A stretch of 55,219 nucleotides of DNA, from the IMG/VR virus record IMGVR_UViG_3300022725_000123, positions 1 through 55,219 of that record; one strand, written 5' to 3'. This stretch comes from a virus. Lineage: Duplodnaviria; Caudoviricetes. The position numbers and the translations under genes were made by a program. Under the pieces are notes generated by a model. It was not told where the DNA came from. It was given only the letters and a program-made list of their open reading frames with translations, and ran no database searches. Below, piece after piece: positions 29,725 through 39,833 of this stretch. Numbering within the stretch: the first letter of the stretch is position 1; each line of letters begins with the position of its first letter.

Positions 29725-31239
29725 TTATGCTAAGATAGAAGGAATCAAAGTTGCTGTTCTAGAAGCATCTCTTACCATTGCGGCAAAAAGACACATTTTA
29801 TGAACTTCAAAACCATCTACTGACGTGGCCATCATTTTAGCTCTATCACCACGAGGAGAATAGGGATCTCTCATACCGGGAATATATCCAGTAATTTCAG
29901 GATCACTAGAACTCATTACTTTTTGGATATTTGGTTCTCCGTCAATAGTACCGATATCAAAAATATCCATACGATATGCTTCGGCTACACCACCAAAAAA
30001 GTCTCCGTTATTAGGAGCCATTATTTTATTACGAACAGGGTCACTGTAATACTTGTCTACTTCAACACGAACGTAAATGTTATTAGGTGCAACAAACTCA
30101 GTAAACTGGAATCCAGCTTTAAAAGAATTTGAATGAAGTTTAGAACTTGTACTTTGAATAGCATTTTGATTTGTGTTATCAAAACCTATAGTACTCCAAC
30201 CAGAAGCTTCATTTTTAACTGCTTTGTGAAATAAAGTAGCGCCTCGTTCACCAGTTCTAATTACAAATTTACGTTCGTCCATACCTAACTTTCCTTCAGA
30301 AAGTTCAGTTAGAATGTTAGTAATTAAATCATAAGTAAACTTACTATAAAAATAAGTGTTTGCTACTTCCATTTGTTCACGTAATCCGTAACCTGCACGA
30401 ATACCTTGTCCTGATTTACCATCATTTGATAAAGTACCTTTATCATTTAAAGTAGACTTACCGTAAAAAATAGCTCTATTCTTATCTTGCATGAATTGAT
30501 ATTCACACTCATAAGCTTCATATTGCAACCAAGTATTGAAACTTTTCTTTTCTCCGTTTTTACCTACTACTTCAAAAGTAGCTGCAAACTTACGATTAAT
30601 CATGTTACCATGAACAACGTATTGTTTACGAATTCTAGTAAAGGTTTGACGAAATTTAGTAGGAGAAGTAAAACTTGTCTCACTACCTCTTACAGAAAGA
30701 CTTTCTTCAACAGGAGCGTATTCTTTGGAGAATTTTTTACCTGCAACTAGTTCTTCACCGGGCATACCAGTAGTAGCTGCATCAGTACCCCACATAACAC
30801 ATTCATATACTGAATTTGTTCCTTCACTATACTCATTGATAATTTGAATAGGGTATCTTTCATTTTGCTCACCAACAATAACTTCTGTGTCAGAGAACCA
30901 TCTTTTTGGAAATACTAACTCGAAAGATTGTTTGTTAGCACCAACATTTACGTCACTGCTAGTTACAACAGAACCTTGAAAACGAGCTTCAACTAATGAA
31001 ATGTTTTGTTCGTTGTTTCCAATCAGACTCCATGTGAAATCATCATCTGTTTCTAAGGTTTTTATAGGTAGTTCACTTAACATTGTGTCAAGACTCGTAC
31101 CGTAGCTTTCAGCTAGCATTCGACCTGTGATTTTACTAGCTAATTGTGGTTTTTGTTCCCAAATAGCACCTAAGTGATTCTTAGAAGTCATTCCACTCCA
31201 ATCCTTAGAATTCACTATTTGTGTGTTACTAATTTTCAT
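29725..31239 (-). CDS. major capsid protein (504 aa)
   Basis: WSGMTSKNHLGAIW, DDDFTWSL, GYGLREQME and IRTGERGA motifs; resembles crAss001-type MCP. Confidence 0.9.
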   Translation of the reverse strand: MKISNTQIVNSKDWSGMTSKNHLGAIWEQKPQLASKITGRMLAESYGTSLDTMLSELPIKTLETDDDFTWSLIGNNEQNISLVEARFQGSVVTSSDVNVGANKQSFELVFPKRWFSDTEVIVGEQNERYPIQIINEYSEGTNSVYECVMWGTDAATTGMPGEELVAGKKFSKEYAPVEESLSVRGSETSFTSPTKFRQTFTRIRKQYVVHGNMINRKFAATFEVVGKNGEKKSFNTWLQYEAYECEYQFMQDKNRAIFYGKSTLNDKGTLSNDGKSGQGIRAGYGLREQMEVANTYFYSKFTYDLITNILTELSEGKLGMDERKFVIRTGERGATLFHKAVKNEASGWSTIGFDNTNQNAIQSTSSKLHSNSFKAGFQFTEFVAPNNIYVRVEVDKYYSDPVRNKIMAPNNGDFFGGVAEAYRMDIFDIGTIDGEPNIQKVMSSSDPEITGYIPGMRDPYSPRGDRAKMMATSVDGFEVHKMCLFAAMVRDASRTATLIPSILA

Positions 31240-31260
31240 TTAATTTGATTTTAAAACGAT

Positions 31261-32337
31261 TTATACTAAATTTTGTTCTATATAATCTAAATCTAACTCG
31301 TCAGAATCGTAAGAAGTACTTCCGTTGGTTACTGTTGAATTAGAATTTAAACTTTCTAAAAACTCTTTTGATTTTTTTGAAGTGGGTTCTTTAAAAACTG
31401 AAAAATCTTTAAAACCTTCTGTAAGATGGTATAAAGCATGTAAGTTTTTTTCAAACTCAATTGGATTTTCAGAACGAGCTTTTTCAATTACTGAAATTCC
31501 CCGATTATCTTTGTACTCAACAGGATTAACCATTGAATCATACACTTTATCGGCTACACTTTTATTATATTTAACACCGGGTAAGATGTCATTTTTTTCG
31601 TCAAAAACAGTGTCTTTAATCTGACTTTTCAGTTTTTCAATTCTTTGTTGATTTTCTTCAAGTTCTTTTTGTTTTTGAGACTCCTTTTGTTTTTCTTCTT
31701 CTTTAAGTCTTGCTTTTTTATCTTCAAATGCTTCAAACGCATCTTCCTCGTTAGTACCTAAATCAAAAGAACGTTGAGTTAATTTTTCAGCTTTTTCTTG
31801 ACTATATCCTTTACTTACAAAATCTTCTTTAATTAATTGTTTTTGTAAAGTTTCGTCTTCTTTCAACTTGTTTTCATCAACTGAATTAACATCGTTTTCT
31901 TTGGTTTTTGATTCGATAAAATCATTTACATCAAAACCTGATTTTAATTTATTAAGAAATTCTTTTTGATGTTCGTTTAAATCTGAATATTCGTTTTTTT
32001 GAATTTCATTTTTAATCAATGCTGCAATATCATCAAAAGATTCAAATTTGTGATCTTCTGGTATATCAGAAATAACACTTTCTTCTTTTAAGCTTTGAGC
32101 AAATAATTGAAGATTAGATTTATTTTTTTCTTCTTCATTTTTAGTCTCGGAAGATTTCTCTTCTGAAGTATTATCTGGTTTATTATTTGTTTTATCATCT
32201 GAACCTTTATCTTCGACGGTAACATCTTTATCAGTAGATCCGGGATTATCATTTTCATAATCCTCATTTCCTTCTAGTTGTTCTAATACGTCATAGTCTT
32301 CGTCTTGAAGATTGTCCATTGAAAAATCATCTGGCAT
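31261..32337 (-). CDS. acidic scaffold-like protein
   Basis: Highly acidic and coiled-coil; immediately upstream of the MCP. Confidence 0.65.
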   Translation of the reverse strand: MPDDFSMDNLQDEDYDVLEQLEGNEDYENDNPGSTDKDVTVEDKGSDDKTNNKPDNTSEEKSSETKNEEEKNKSNLQLFAQSLKEESVISDIPEDHKFESFDDIAALIKNEIQKNEYSDLNEHQKEFLNKLKSGFDVNDFIESKTKENDVNSVDENKLKEDETLQKQLIKEDFVSKGYSQEKAEKLTQRSFDLGTNEEDAFEAFEDKKARLKEEEKQKESQKQKELEENQQRIEKLKSQIKDTVFDEKNDILPGVKYNKSVADKVYDSMVNPVEYKDNRGISVIEKARSENPIEFEKNLHALYHLTEGFKDFSVFKEPTSKKSKEFLESLNSNSTVTNGSTSYDSDELDLDYIEQNLV

Positions 32338-32355
32338 AAATAATATATTTTAGTT

Positions 32356-32389
32356 CAAAATTACAATAAAAATAAGGCTTTTCGACAAA
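32356..32389 (-). promoter_or_regulatory. Bacteroidota-type promoter for capsid operon
   Basis: Minus strand TTTG-N22-TAATTTTG, 18 nt upstream of ATG 32337. Confidence 0.6.
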
Positions 32390-32428
32390 AAAATTGATAT
32401 TTTAATAATTTATCAATCTTTTGTATAA

Positions 32429-32683
32429 CTAATAAGAAGCTATCACTTCTCCTCCTGAAACACTTACGTTAGTAAAAGTACCTTTAAGTATTATACCATC
32501 ACCTAGTGATTTATTAGTATAACTTCTACTTGATAATTCTTCATTAAAACTTATAGTAACACTACCAATAGTTTGGAGTTTTTTAAAAGTCTTATCAGAA
32601 AAACCATCATCTGATACAAATTCAAAACCTTTATCTCCAAAATAGAGTTTTAAAAAGTTAATTATTTTTTCTAGTGGATTCAT
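32429..32683 (-). CDS. hypothetical protein
   Basis: Coupled ORF with C-terminal GTFTNVSVSGGEVIASY. Confidence 0.5.
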   Translation of the reverse strand: MNPLEKIINFLKLYFGDKGFEFVSDDGFSDKTFKKLQTIGSVTISFNEELSSRSYTNKSLGDGIILKGTFTNVSVSGGEVIASY

Positions 32684-32970
32684 TTATAAATTGATTTAAA
32701 AAATTTAATTATTTCGTCACTTTGCATTATTAAAAAACTAACAAAAGAACCAATAGCAAAATATACAATTTCTTTACCTTTTCGTATATTTTTCTTTTTT
32801 TCTATTACTTTTTTTAGCTCGTTAATTTCATCTTTGTTTATTTCAATTTGAGATAAAGAACCCACTTGTCCAATGTTTGGTCTATTTTCTAATTTACTTA
32901 GTAAACCATCTAACTGTTTTTCAAGTTTTAACAATTTTTCTGAAAAGTTTCTTATTAATTCTTTGTCCAT
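32680..32970 (-). CDS. coiled-coil protein with C-terminal TM helix
   Basis: Hydrophobic segment IVYFAIGSFVSFLIM. Confidence 0.5.
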   Translation of the reverse strand: MDKELIRNFSEKLLKLEKQLDGLLSKLENRPNIGQVGSLSQIEINKDEINELKKVIEKKKNIRKGKEIVYFAIGSFVSFLIMQSDEIIKFFKSIYK

Positions 32971-33428
32971 TTTATATAGTACTTTATGTTTTTTACAGCT
33001 GGTAAAGTTCCTCCAAAATTAGAAGGTAGTGGTTTAATACCTTTTATCCAATCTTTAAATTTAATTGGTTCACTTAGTGTATAAGGTTTAACATCTTTTA
33101 CTTCTGTAAAGTTAAAATTATAATTTTCTCTATAATAATAGCAATATTGGAAAGTTTCGTTGTAAAATCTCCAAGCTATTAATCGTTCATTTTTATGACC
33201 TGCTTTTCTGTCACCTTTTGTTTTAAAAGAATATGCGAGTGAGCCTTTACCGCCTACTTTATTCCAATCTGCTTGTTCATGATCTGGTAACTTGTATTTA
33301 GAATCTTCAGTAAAAACTAAATGAATATAATCAGGTTTTGCAAATAAAATTAAATACAACATTTTTAGTACACTTTTAAATGTTGCAATTCTTTTTCCTT
33401 TTTTATGTTCTATTTCGATGGTTTTCAT
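32955..33428 (-). CDS. hypothetical protein
   Basis: QADWNKVGG...AWR...FGGTLPA; coupled ORF. Confidence 0.5.
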   Translation of the reverse strand: MKTIEIEHKKGKRIATFKSVLKMLYLILFAKPDYIHLVFTEDSKYKLPDHEQADWNKVGGKGSLAYSFKTKGDRKAGHKNERLIAWRFYNETFQYCYYYRENYNFNFTEVKDVKPYTLSEPIKFKDWIKGIKPLPSNFGGTLPAVKNIKYYIKWTKN

Positions 33429-33636
33429 TAACTTTATTTAATAATTTTCCTACAAGTTTATCTTTAGCAAAGGTTAATAATATACCTGTTATAGCAATTG
33501 CTCCAATATGATAAATGCTTAAATTAAAATTGGTATCTACAAAAAGTAAAACACCCGAAAACATAAAAGTAGCAACACCTAATATAGTACTTAGTAAATT
33601 ATCTAATCCTAATGAATCATTCTTTTCTATTTTCAT
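33403..33636 (-). CDS. two-TM membrane protein, holin candidate
   Basis: STILGVATFMFSGVLLFV and IGAIAITGILLTFAKD helices. Confidence 0.5.
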   Translation of the reverse strand: MKIEKNDSLGLDNLLSTILGVATFMFSGVLLFVDTNFNLSIYHIGAIAITGILLTFAKDKLVGKLLNKVNENHRNRT

Positions 33637-35978
33637 TTGATTTGAGATTTAGTATTAATTTTCTTTTTTTCTAAATTCATTTTATCATTATGATGCTTAT
33701 TGTCTTGTTGTAACTTATCATTAAATTTTTTCAACTCGTCTAATCTTTTTTGTCTTTCGAGTTCTATTTTACTAGCTTCTGTTTCAGACGTACCACTCGT
33801 GATAATCTTAGTTTGATTATCTCTCATGTTTTTAATATTCTCAAGTTCTCTATCTGCTTGTTTATTATTTTCTTCTCGTTCTATTTGTTGTTTTTGTAAT
33901 TCAAGTTCTTTTTCTTGAGCCTGTTGAGCTTTTGCAGCTGTTTCTTCTTCTGCATCTTCTATCTTATTTTTCATATCAGATAAAGAATTACTAAAGTAAA
34001 TATTGAGAACATCTTTAAATTGAGCATTTCCTGCATTTAAAGCTACTTCTGCTAATCCTTCAATTTTTTGTTTTAACGCTTCTGTTTTCTTAGAATTTTC
34101 AATTATGATATCATAATCCGCTTCATTTATATCATCTCCAATTAAATTTAGCGTTTGTGTAGACGCTTCGTCTAAAACATATTGTAATTTTTCAGTACGT
34201 CCTTTATACGCTATTTTACATGCTTGAATAAATGCTCTTAGTGCGTCTATTTTTACTTCGTCATGTTCAGAAAATCTCCACTCTGTAACGTGATTAGATT
34301 GTACTACCGATCTTTCAATACCACCTAATGTTTCTCTATTTGAAACATTTCCTAATCTTTGTTCACTAACACCTGTGATTTCAGTTAACTCTGACTTTAT
34401 AAATTCTAATAGTCCAATGTGTTGTTGAATATTAGCACCTTGATCTAAATCTAAATATCCTTTTGTAGCATTATTTAAACTACCTGCTAATTTACCTGTT
34501 GCTGAACCTTTATTACCTTCTTTAAAGCTGTCTTTAACAGCAATTTTCATTTTATTTAAGTAATGAAACCATTTTTCAACATCCCATTTTTCTGGAATTG
34601 TCGCAAAATCCATTTCTAATACTTTACCATGATTATTTGCTAATAGCTTATTTAATCTATCGTGAATAGCATCATATAAATAAAGATAGTTTTTAACCGT
34701 TCCAATCATTGAAACTGTCCGAAAAGAATTAAAAGAATATGTTTTACCTACAATTCCCGGATGGGATTTAGCTGGATTATCTAAAGATCTAAATTGTAAC
34801 TCTTTAGGTTTCAACCTTAAATAAATATCATTTCCTATTTTAGTTCCTTCATACCATTCGTTTATCCAAATGTATTTAAACGTTTCTCCTTCATCTTCTT
34901 TTACAATATAATCTTCAGGAAAGTAATCTATTTTTTCATAACCGTTCTTATCAAAAAATGTTACTTTTTTAACTCTTCTCCAACCTCTCCAATAGACACG
35001 TAACACTCTAACGTTACCTGATTCATCATAAGAATCCAAAAGAGTGTATCCATTAGATTCCCCAATATTAATAAGGTCTTCTATTTTATCAGGGTCTGTT
35101 GCAGAATCTAAAAAATTAACATTTGCTAAAAACTTTCTATCTCTTTGATGTTTATCAACAAATGGATCATTACCTGAAGAACCAAAACCTTTTTCTAGTT
35201 GTTTTAAATGTTTATCTTTTAAGTCGTCATGGTAGTAATCAATTATTTGACCCGGACTCCAATAATCATTTAATATAATTAAGTCAGAATCTTCAATTTT
35301 ATTAGAATATCCTGAACGAACCCAAAACACTTTAAGAGGATCAACTTTTAATAATCTTGGTTCACCACCTATTATAGCAGCTTCATAATATTCTTCACCT
35401 TGTATTAAACTTGTTTTAAAACCGTTGTTAAATAAGTTTTCAAACTTTTGTTTTTTACTATGATGTGTTAGTAAAGCATTAATTGTTTTTTCTCTTTGAC
35501 TTTGAAAGTTTTTTACTTTACGTTTTAACTTTTTTACTTCAGCTTCGAGTTGTTCTTTATTTAAATCAGATTCAATTAACTCTAATACATTCTGACGTAC
35601 CATTGATGCCAATTCTTTTTCTTTCTCTGAAATAGCATCAGGGTTTGACACTGTTGCTGAAAATTTGAACTCTCTATTTGATTCTTCCCCTACTAAAAGA
35701 TCAATTCTAGGATTTATAATAGGATAGTGTTGAATATCATAAGATATAGTATTTGTTTCAATACCATTTGGATTTATGGTTTTTTCTAAATCATAAATAT
35801 CTAATTTACCATTATAAAGATTACTGTTAAGAATCTTATCTTGGTAAGAAGTTCTAACACCTTCATCGTGAAAATAACCAGAGCTATCAACAGCGTCAAT
35901 GCATTCACGAAACCATTTAGGTGTTTTTTTTGATTTAGGTGTTTTTTGAGATGGAAAATTTCCAATATATGAATTCAT
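33633..35978 (-). CDS. portal protein (781 aa)
   Basis: FPSQK..KT.KW..ECID, QHYPIINPRIDLLVGEE, WINEWYEGTKIG and GVSEQRLG motifs; follows the terminase. Confidence 0.9.
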   Translation of the reverse strand: MNSYIGNFPSQKTPKSKKTPKWFRECIDAVDSSGYFHDEGVRTSYQDKILNSNLYNGKLDIYDLEKTINPNGIETNTISYDIQHYPIINPRIDLLVGEESNREFKFSATVSNPDAISEKEKELASMVRQNVLELIESDLNKEQLEAEVKKLKRKVKNFQSQREKTINALLTHHSKKQKFENLFNNGFKTSLIQGEEYYEAAIIGGEPRLLKVDPLKVFWVRSGYSNKIEDSDLIILNDYWSPGQIIDYYHDDLKDKHLKQLEKGFGSSGNDPFVDKHQRDRKFLANVNFLDSATDPDKIEDLINIGESNGYTLLDSYDESGNVRVLRVYWRGWRRVKKVTFFDKNGYEKIDYFPEDYIVKEDEGETFKYIWINEWYEGTKIGNDIYLRLKPKELQFRSLDNPAKSHPGIVGKTYSFNSFRTVSMIGTVKNYLYLYDAIHDRLNKLLANNHGKVLEMDFATIPEKWDVEKWFHYLNKMKIAVKDSFKEGNKGSATGKLAGSLNNATKGYLDLDQGANIQQHIGLLEFIKSELTEITGVSEQRLGNVSNRETLGGIERSVVQSNHVTEWRFSEHDEVKIDALRAFIQACKIAYKGRTEKLQYVLDEASTQTLNLIGDDINEADYDIIIENSKKTEALKQKIEGLAEVALNAGNAQFKDVLNIYFSNSLSDMKNKIEDAEEETAAKAQQAQEKELELQKQQIEREENNKQADRELENIKNMRDNQTKIITSGTSETEASKIELERQKRLDELKKFNDKLQQDNKHHNDKMNLEKKKINTKSQIK

Positions 35979-35982
35979 ATTG

Positions 35983-35990
35983 CAAAATTA
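35983..35990 (-). promoter_or_regulatory. Bacteroidota -7 element upstream of portal
   Basis: TAATTTTG 4 nt before ATG 35978; no clear -33 box. Confidence 0.5.
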
Positions 35991-36055
35991 TAAAATTTTA
36001 GTTCCTTTTTTACATAATAATTGAAAATATGAAAACATTTCACCATTTAGTATAA

Positions 36056-38251
36056 CTAATTCTTTTTCCAAAAATCATCATCTGCTAAAGTTTTAGTAAC
36101 GGTTTCATCTTTCATAGTATCACCGTATTTTAACATTTCTTCACGTTGTATCATTACCATATTCATAGCTGATACTCTATCGTAGTTACCGTCTTCATGC
36201 CAAGCAATAAGTTCTTTAATATATGCAACACTTCTAATCGTATGCATCATTAATTGATTTTCGTCTTCTGGATTGGTAGACAACATCCAATCTCTTTGAA
36301 GCCTTCTACCTAAAGCGTTTACTTCTTTTGTAGGAGCGGTACCTTTTCTTTTGTTACCGTAAGATTGATTTGCTTGTGTAGTGTCAGTGTCTGTTAAAAA
36401 TTTAGGATTATCAGCTAATAAATGTAATGAGTGTTTTTGATTAAAATATCCAAATAAACCTTTGTTTTTATTTTCATAATTAATTAACGCATTATAATAA
36501 ATAGAAAGTCTTCTGCATATTTCATAAAAATCATTTGCAAATTTAGGTCTACCTGTATATTCAGCTACTATTCTATCAGTCCATAAATCAAATACAAACG
36601 CTGAACCTAAAGAAGTTCCTGAATCATCGTCATAAGGGTCTACTCCAATAATATACCTAAATGCAGGTGCTTCATTTGAATTTTTCTTAACAGGTTGTTT
36701 AAATATTTCAATAGCTCCTGTTTTATCTTTTTGAGAACTTAAAGGAAAAGTTCGTATAGGTTCTTTTTCTGAAGGTGCCCAATCAACAGTACCATTTTTT
36801 ACAGAAAGTCTACCAATATAATGAGGCGACACAAAAGACCGCAGATTAGGAGAAATTTCAGCCAAATAATCTTTTAAATCTGGTACGGGAAATAAGTTAC
36901 CCTCAACTCTCATAACCGCTTCTTGAGGAGTAATAGATCTATCTGCTTTTTCTTGCATGATTACCCTTGGATCAGGACTTTCATTTAGTACTTCAAGTCT
37001 TGATTCAAATGTTGCAATAAGTGCTTTTACAACATCAGAATTACCATTTTCATCATAACAAAGCTCTCTGTTCATGTATTCACCACAATAAAAAGCACAT
37101 GTAGATTTAGATTGTAACTTATCAAATACATTAGGTAAAGACTTGACTCGATACGCTTTACACTGATAAAAAAGAGACTCTAATCCCTCAAATGCTGCAC
37201 CGACGGTACCACCCGTTCCATAAGCAACCATTAAACCAAATACCAATGGGCCTTGCTCCATTGAAGGTCTTGCAATTGCCCATACTTTAAGCAAGTGTAA
37301 ATACCTACCCGCTTCTTCAATCAATATTGCTTTACCTCTTTTACCTCTTGCTTTTTCAGGTCTATTTGCTGTGGTAAGACCCAGTATTTCTGATTTGTAA
37401 CCTTTATATACATTTCGATTTAAATCTTTATAAGAAGACCTCTTATGCATATCTGTGTCTTTCTCGTGTCTTTTTTTAAACCACGCAGTATGCTCATTTA
37501 TAAAATCTAAATTATCCCACGTTTTAGAAAGTAATCCATCGTCTGTTAAGTCACCTTTATCTGAAGCAAATGCCCAAGCTTTAGCATCAGCAAAAAATTG
37601 ATAAATACAACTTAAAATACTAGCGTTTTTAAAACTATATCCCCTACCTCTCGTTTTTAAAACTACTCCATATTTTCCTTCTGATTTACACTGTGCTAAA
37701 TAATGAAAATACAAATAATCCATATCCCATACTTTGGGAAACCCTTTTATTCTATCTGCTTCAATAGAGCTACTTTCAACATCATCACTTACTGATTCAG
37801 CAATCATTATGGGAAAATAATTCCAATAAAAATAATTATAACCCGTAATCCATTCACCATCGGAAGGTCTTACTAAGCCTTCTATACATCGACGTTTTTC
37901 CTCTCTCCAAAATTTTTTAAAAGGAGAATTAGGATGTTTTGAAGGATGATAATCAGTATACCTTCCATTTTCTTCAAAGTTAATAGCAGCCTGTCTAAAG
38001 AAATCCATATCCTCTAAAATGTGAGGATCTGTTAAGTTTACATGTATTTTTCCATTATCATCTTTTTTTCGATTACTTATATTTGGATTATCCCACCTAG
38101 TTAAATCACACGCACGACTTCTATTGGGAGAAATTAAATTCTTAATAAATTCTATTTTATCAATACAATCTAATAACTCATTATAAACGTAGCTATCAAG
38201 ATTTTCTTTAAGACTTTCGTCAATCGGACTTTGTGTGCTATTTACAATCAT
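36056..38251 (-). CDS. terL: terminase large subunit
   Basis: ITGYNYFY, Walker A LKTRGRGYS, Walker B ILIEEAG, GTGG, RNase H IGVDPY, and GNYDRVSA motifs. Confidence 0.92.
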   Translation of the reverse strand: MIVNSTQSPIDESLKENLDSYVYNELLDCIDKIEFIKNLISPNRSRACDLTRWDNPNISNRKKDDNGKIHVNLTDPHILEDMDFFRQAAINFEENGRYTDYHPSKHPNSPFKKFWREEKRRCIEGLVRPSDGEWITGYNYFYWNYFPIMIAESVSDDVESSSIEADRIKGFPKVWDMDYLYFHYLAQCKSEGKYGVVLKTRGRGYSFKNASILSCIYQFFADAKAWAFASDKGDLTDDGLLSKTWDNLDFINEHTAWFKKRHEKDTDMHKRSSYKDLNRNVYKGYKSEILGLTTANRPEKARGKRGKAILIEEAGRYLHLLKVWAIARPSMEQGPLVFGLMVAYGTGGTVGAAFEGLESLFYQCKAYRVKSLPNVFDKLQSKSTCAFYCGEYMNRELCYDENGNSDVVKALIATFESRLEVLNESPDPRVIMQEKADRSITPQEAVMRVEGNLFPVPDLKDYLAEISPNLRSFVSPHYIGRLSVKNGTVDWAPSEKEPIRTFPLSSQKDKTGAIEIFKQPVKKNSNEAPAFRYIIGVDPYDDDSGTSLGSAFVFDLWTDRIVAEYTGRPKFANDFYEICRRLSIYYNALINYENKNKGLFGYFNQKHSLHLLADNPKFLTDTDTTQANQSYGNKRKGTAPTKEVNALGRRLQRDWMLSTNPEDENQLMMHTIRSVAYIKELIAWHEDGNYDRVSAMNMVMIQREEMLKYGDTMKDETVTKTLADDDFWKKN

Positions 38252-38790
38252 TCTGGGTTTTCAAAATAACCAACTTCTTCACCCCCTCTTACTCTAGAGG
38301 CTTCTTGAAGTTCTTTAGTAATCGTTTCTTTCAACTTTCTTATAACTTCTGTCTGATCTGACAATTGATTCATACTTGATTGAAGCTGAGGAATGTTATG
38401 AACCAACTTACCATTTTTATCTCGTTCATCTAAATCAATAGACTTATAGAAATCTTTTAGTTTTTGACTAAACTCTAATGCTGAATCAAGTAAGTCCATA
38501 GAAGCAGTACGCTGTCTTTTTTTATAAAACTCAATGGCGTTTTTAACATTAACGCTCATTTCCCAACGATCTTCTAACCCTACAGACTTCTTAATTTCAT
38601 CTATCTTTTCTGATTCATTTAATATATCACTAAAATCTGAGTTATAATCTGTAAAATAATAAACAAAAGCTAGCTCTTTTTCAGCCAGCTTTTTGTTCTT
38701 TTTATTCCATATTTTCTTAAAAGGTAATAAAGTGTAAGCCTCAGCTGAGATTTCTAATAACCCTTTATCCCCTATTTGAAAAACGTTCAT
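38248..38790 (-). CDS. conserved protein upstream of terL (terminase small subunit candidate)
   Basis: Helical; KELAFVYY, ERDKNGK and RVRGG motifs; coupled to terL. Confidence 0.55.
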   Translation of the reverse strand: MNVFQIGDKGLLEISAEAYTLLPFKKIWNKKNKKLAEKELAFVYYFTDYNSDFSDILNESEKIDEIKKSVGLEDRWEMSVNVKNAIEFYKKRQRTASMDLLDSALEFSQKLKDFYKSIDLDERDKNGKLVHNIPQLQSSMNQLSDQTEVIRKLKETITKELQEASRVRGGEEVGYFENPE

Positions 38791-38792
38791 AA

Positions 38793-39110
38793 TTAATAAA
38801 TATACTCTATGTCATTTTCAGAAAATTTACCATAAGTCACTCCATCAATTTCAATAGTGGGTACTACTAATTTATTTTTATACCTACCAAATTGTTCATC
38901 TTGCGATTTAACATAATACCTGTCAAAATTAATTTGAACCTTGTCTTTTGGTTTTACTACTTCACAGAGATGCCCTGTTAAATGCACTACTTGCACATTT
39001 TTAAGCAATCCTTTATTACCAAACTTATCAGCTGATAAAATAATATCTCCTTTTTTCTTTTCTTCTTCTAAACTTGTAATAATTGTTTTTCCTACTACTT
39101 TACCTTTCAT
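38793..39110 (-). CDS. conserved crAss-like protein, GroES-like pattern
   Basis: GDIIL...QVV..G...VKPKDKV.INF.RY...E.DIEY. Confidence 0.5.
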   Translation of the reverse strand: MKGKVVGKTIITSLEEEKKKGDIILSADKFGNKGLLKNVQVVHLTGHLCEVVKPKDKVQINFDRYYVKSQDEQFGRYKNKLVVPTIEIDGVTYGKFSENDIEYIY

Positions 39111-39298
39111 AATATATTTTTTAATTTTTTTTCTTCGTTTGTCATTAATTCTATTTTATTACACGCTATTACCAATCCCGGTTCAAAGCTTACATTATAA
39201 ATACAATGCCCGTCTTCATAATATGTAATACTGTTTACAATCCCTTTCATATCGTTTACTTTGAAAAAGACTTCTGATCCAATTTCTATTTCTTCCAT
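39107..39298 (-). CDS. small hypothetical (SH3-like beta) protein
   Basis: IGSEVFFK...KGIV..I...YNV. Confidence 0.45.
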   Translation of the reverse strand: MEEIEIGSEVFFKVNDMKGIVNSITYYEDGHCIYNVSFEPGLVIACNKIELMTNEEKKLKNIL

Positions 39299-39459
39299 GT
39301 ATAAAAAATTCCTAAGTTAAAAATTCTAATGTTCTTTTTTTCTTTTGCTTCATCTCTTAATTGCATAAATAAATGGTCATATATTGTTTTTACTACTTCT
39401 TTTTTTAAGTTGTTTCTGATTGCTACATCATGATATATTTTTTCTAGTTTTTTGTCCAT
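39286..39459 (-). CDS. 57-aa minimal HU/IHF-like protein (not in ORF track)
   Basis: MDKKLEKIYHDVAIRNNLKKEVVKTIYDHLFMQLRDEAKEKKNIRIFNLGIFYTWKK: two helices then the I.I.NLG.F turn; overlaps both neighbours. Confidence 0.6.
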   Translation of the reverse strand: MDKKLEKIYHDVAIRNNLKKEVVKTIYDHLFMQLRDEAKEKKNIRIFNLGIFYTWKK

Positions 39460-39821
39460 TCAAAATTAAATGTTAAATAAAAGTTTGTTAAGTTTTCTAT
39501 GTCAACCATATAATTTTTATTAATAGTATTATCCTGTATAATATTTTTTTTACGTAAAGCTGTCATTAAATTTAAAATTGAAAACATCTTGACATTTAAA
39601 TTTTCACAATATTCTACTTTAGTATCATAATCAAATACCTTTTTCCATAAATCAGCTTCATTTTTAAAATTCTTTTTTTCTACACTATACTTGTATAATA
39701 TCTCTGAAAGAAATGACCTTTCTCTAGGACTTAAATCATGCAATGGTGTAGTAAATTTTAAAAAGAATTTAAAAAAATCTTTATCATTTACTGGTATTTT
39801 AATAACCTTTTTCTTTTTCAT
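39444..39821 (-). CDS. winged-helix-like conserved protein
   Basis: LSPRERSFL...ILNLMTALRKKNII...INKNY. Confidence 0.5.
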   Translation of the reverse strand: MKKKKVIKIPVNDKDFFKFFLKFTTPLHDLSPRERSFLSEILYKYSVEKKNFKNEADLWKKVFDYDTKVEYCENLNVKMFSILNLMTALRKKNIIQDNTINKNYMVDIENLTNFYLTFNFEWTKN

Positions 39822-39833
39822 AATCTAACATTG

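Noticed and set aside
105-31624. Plus-strand ORFs in the track opposite the late genes (e.g. 105-398, 3367-3618, 6716-7135, 17964-18329, 31325-31624)
   Set aside because: Ser/Leu/Phe-rich antisense shadows of real minus-strand genes.
29725-38251. Introns or inteins in MCP, portal or terminase
   Set aside because: All are single uninterrupted ORFs of expected size, with no intein or homing-endonuclease motifs noticed.
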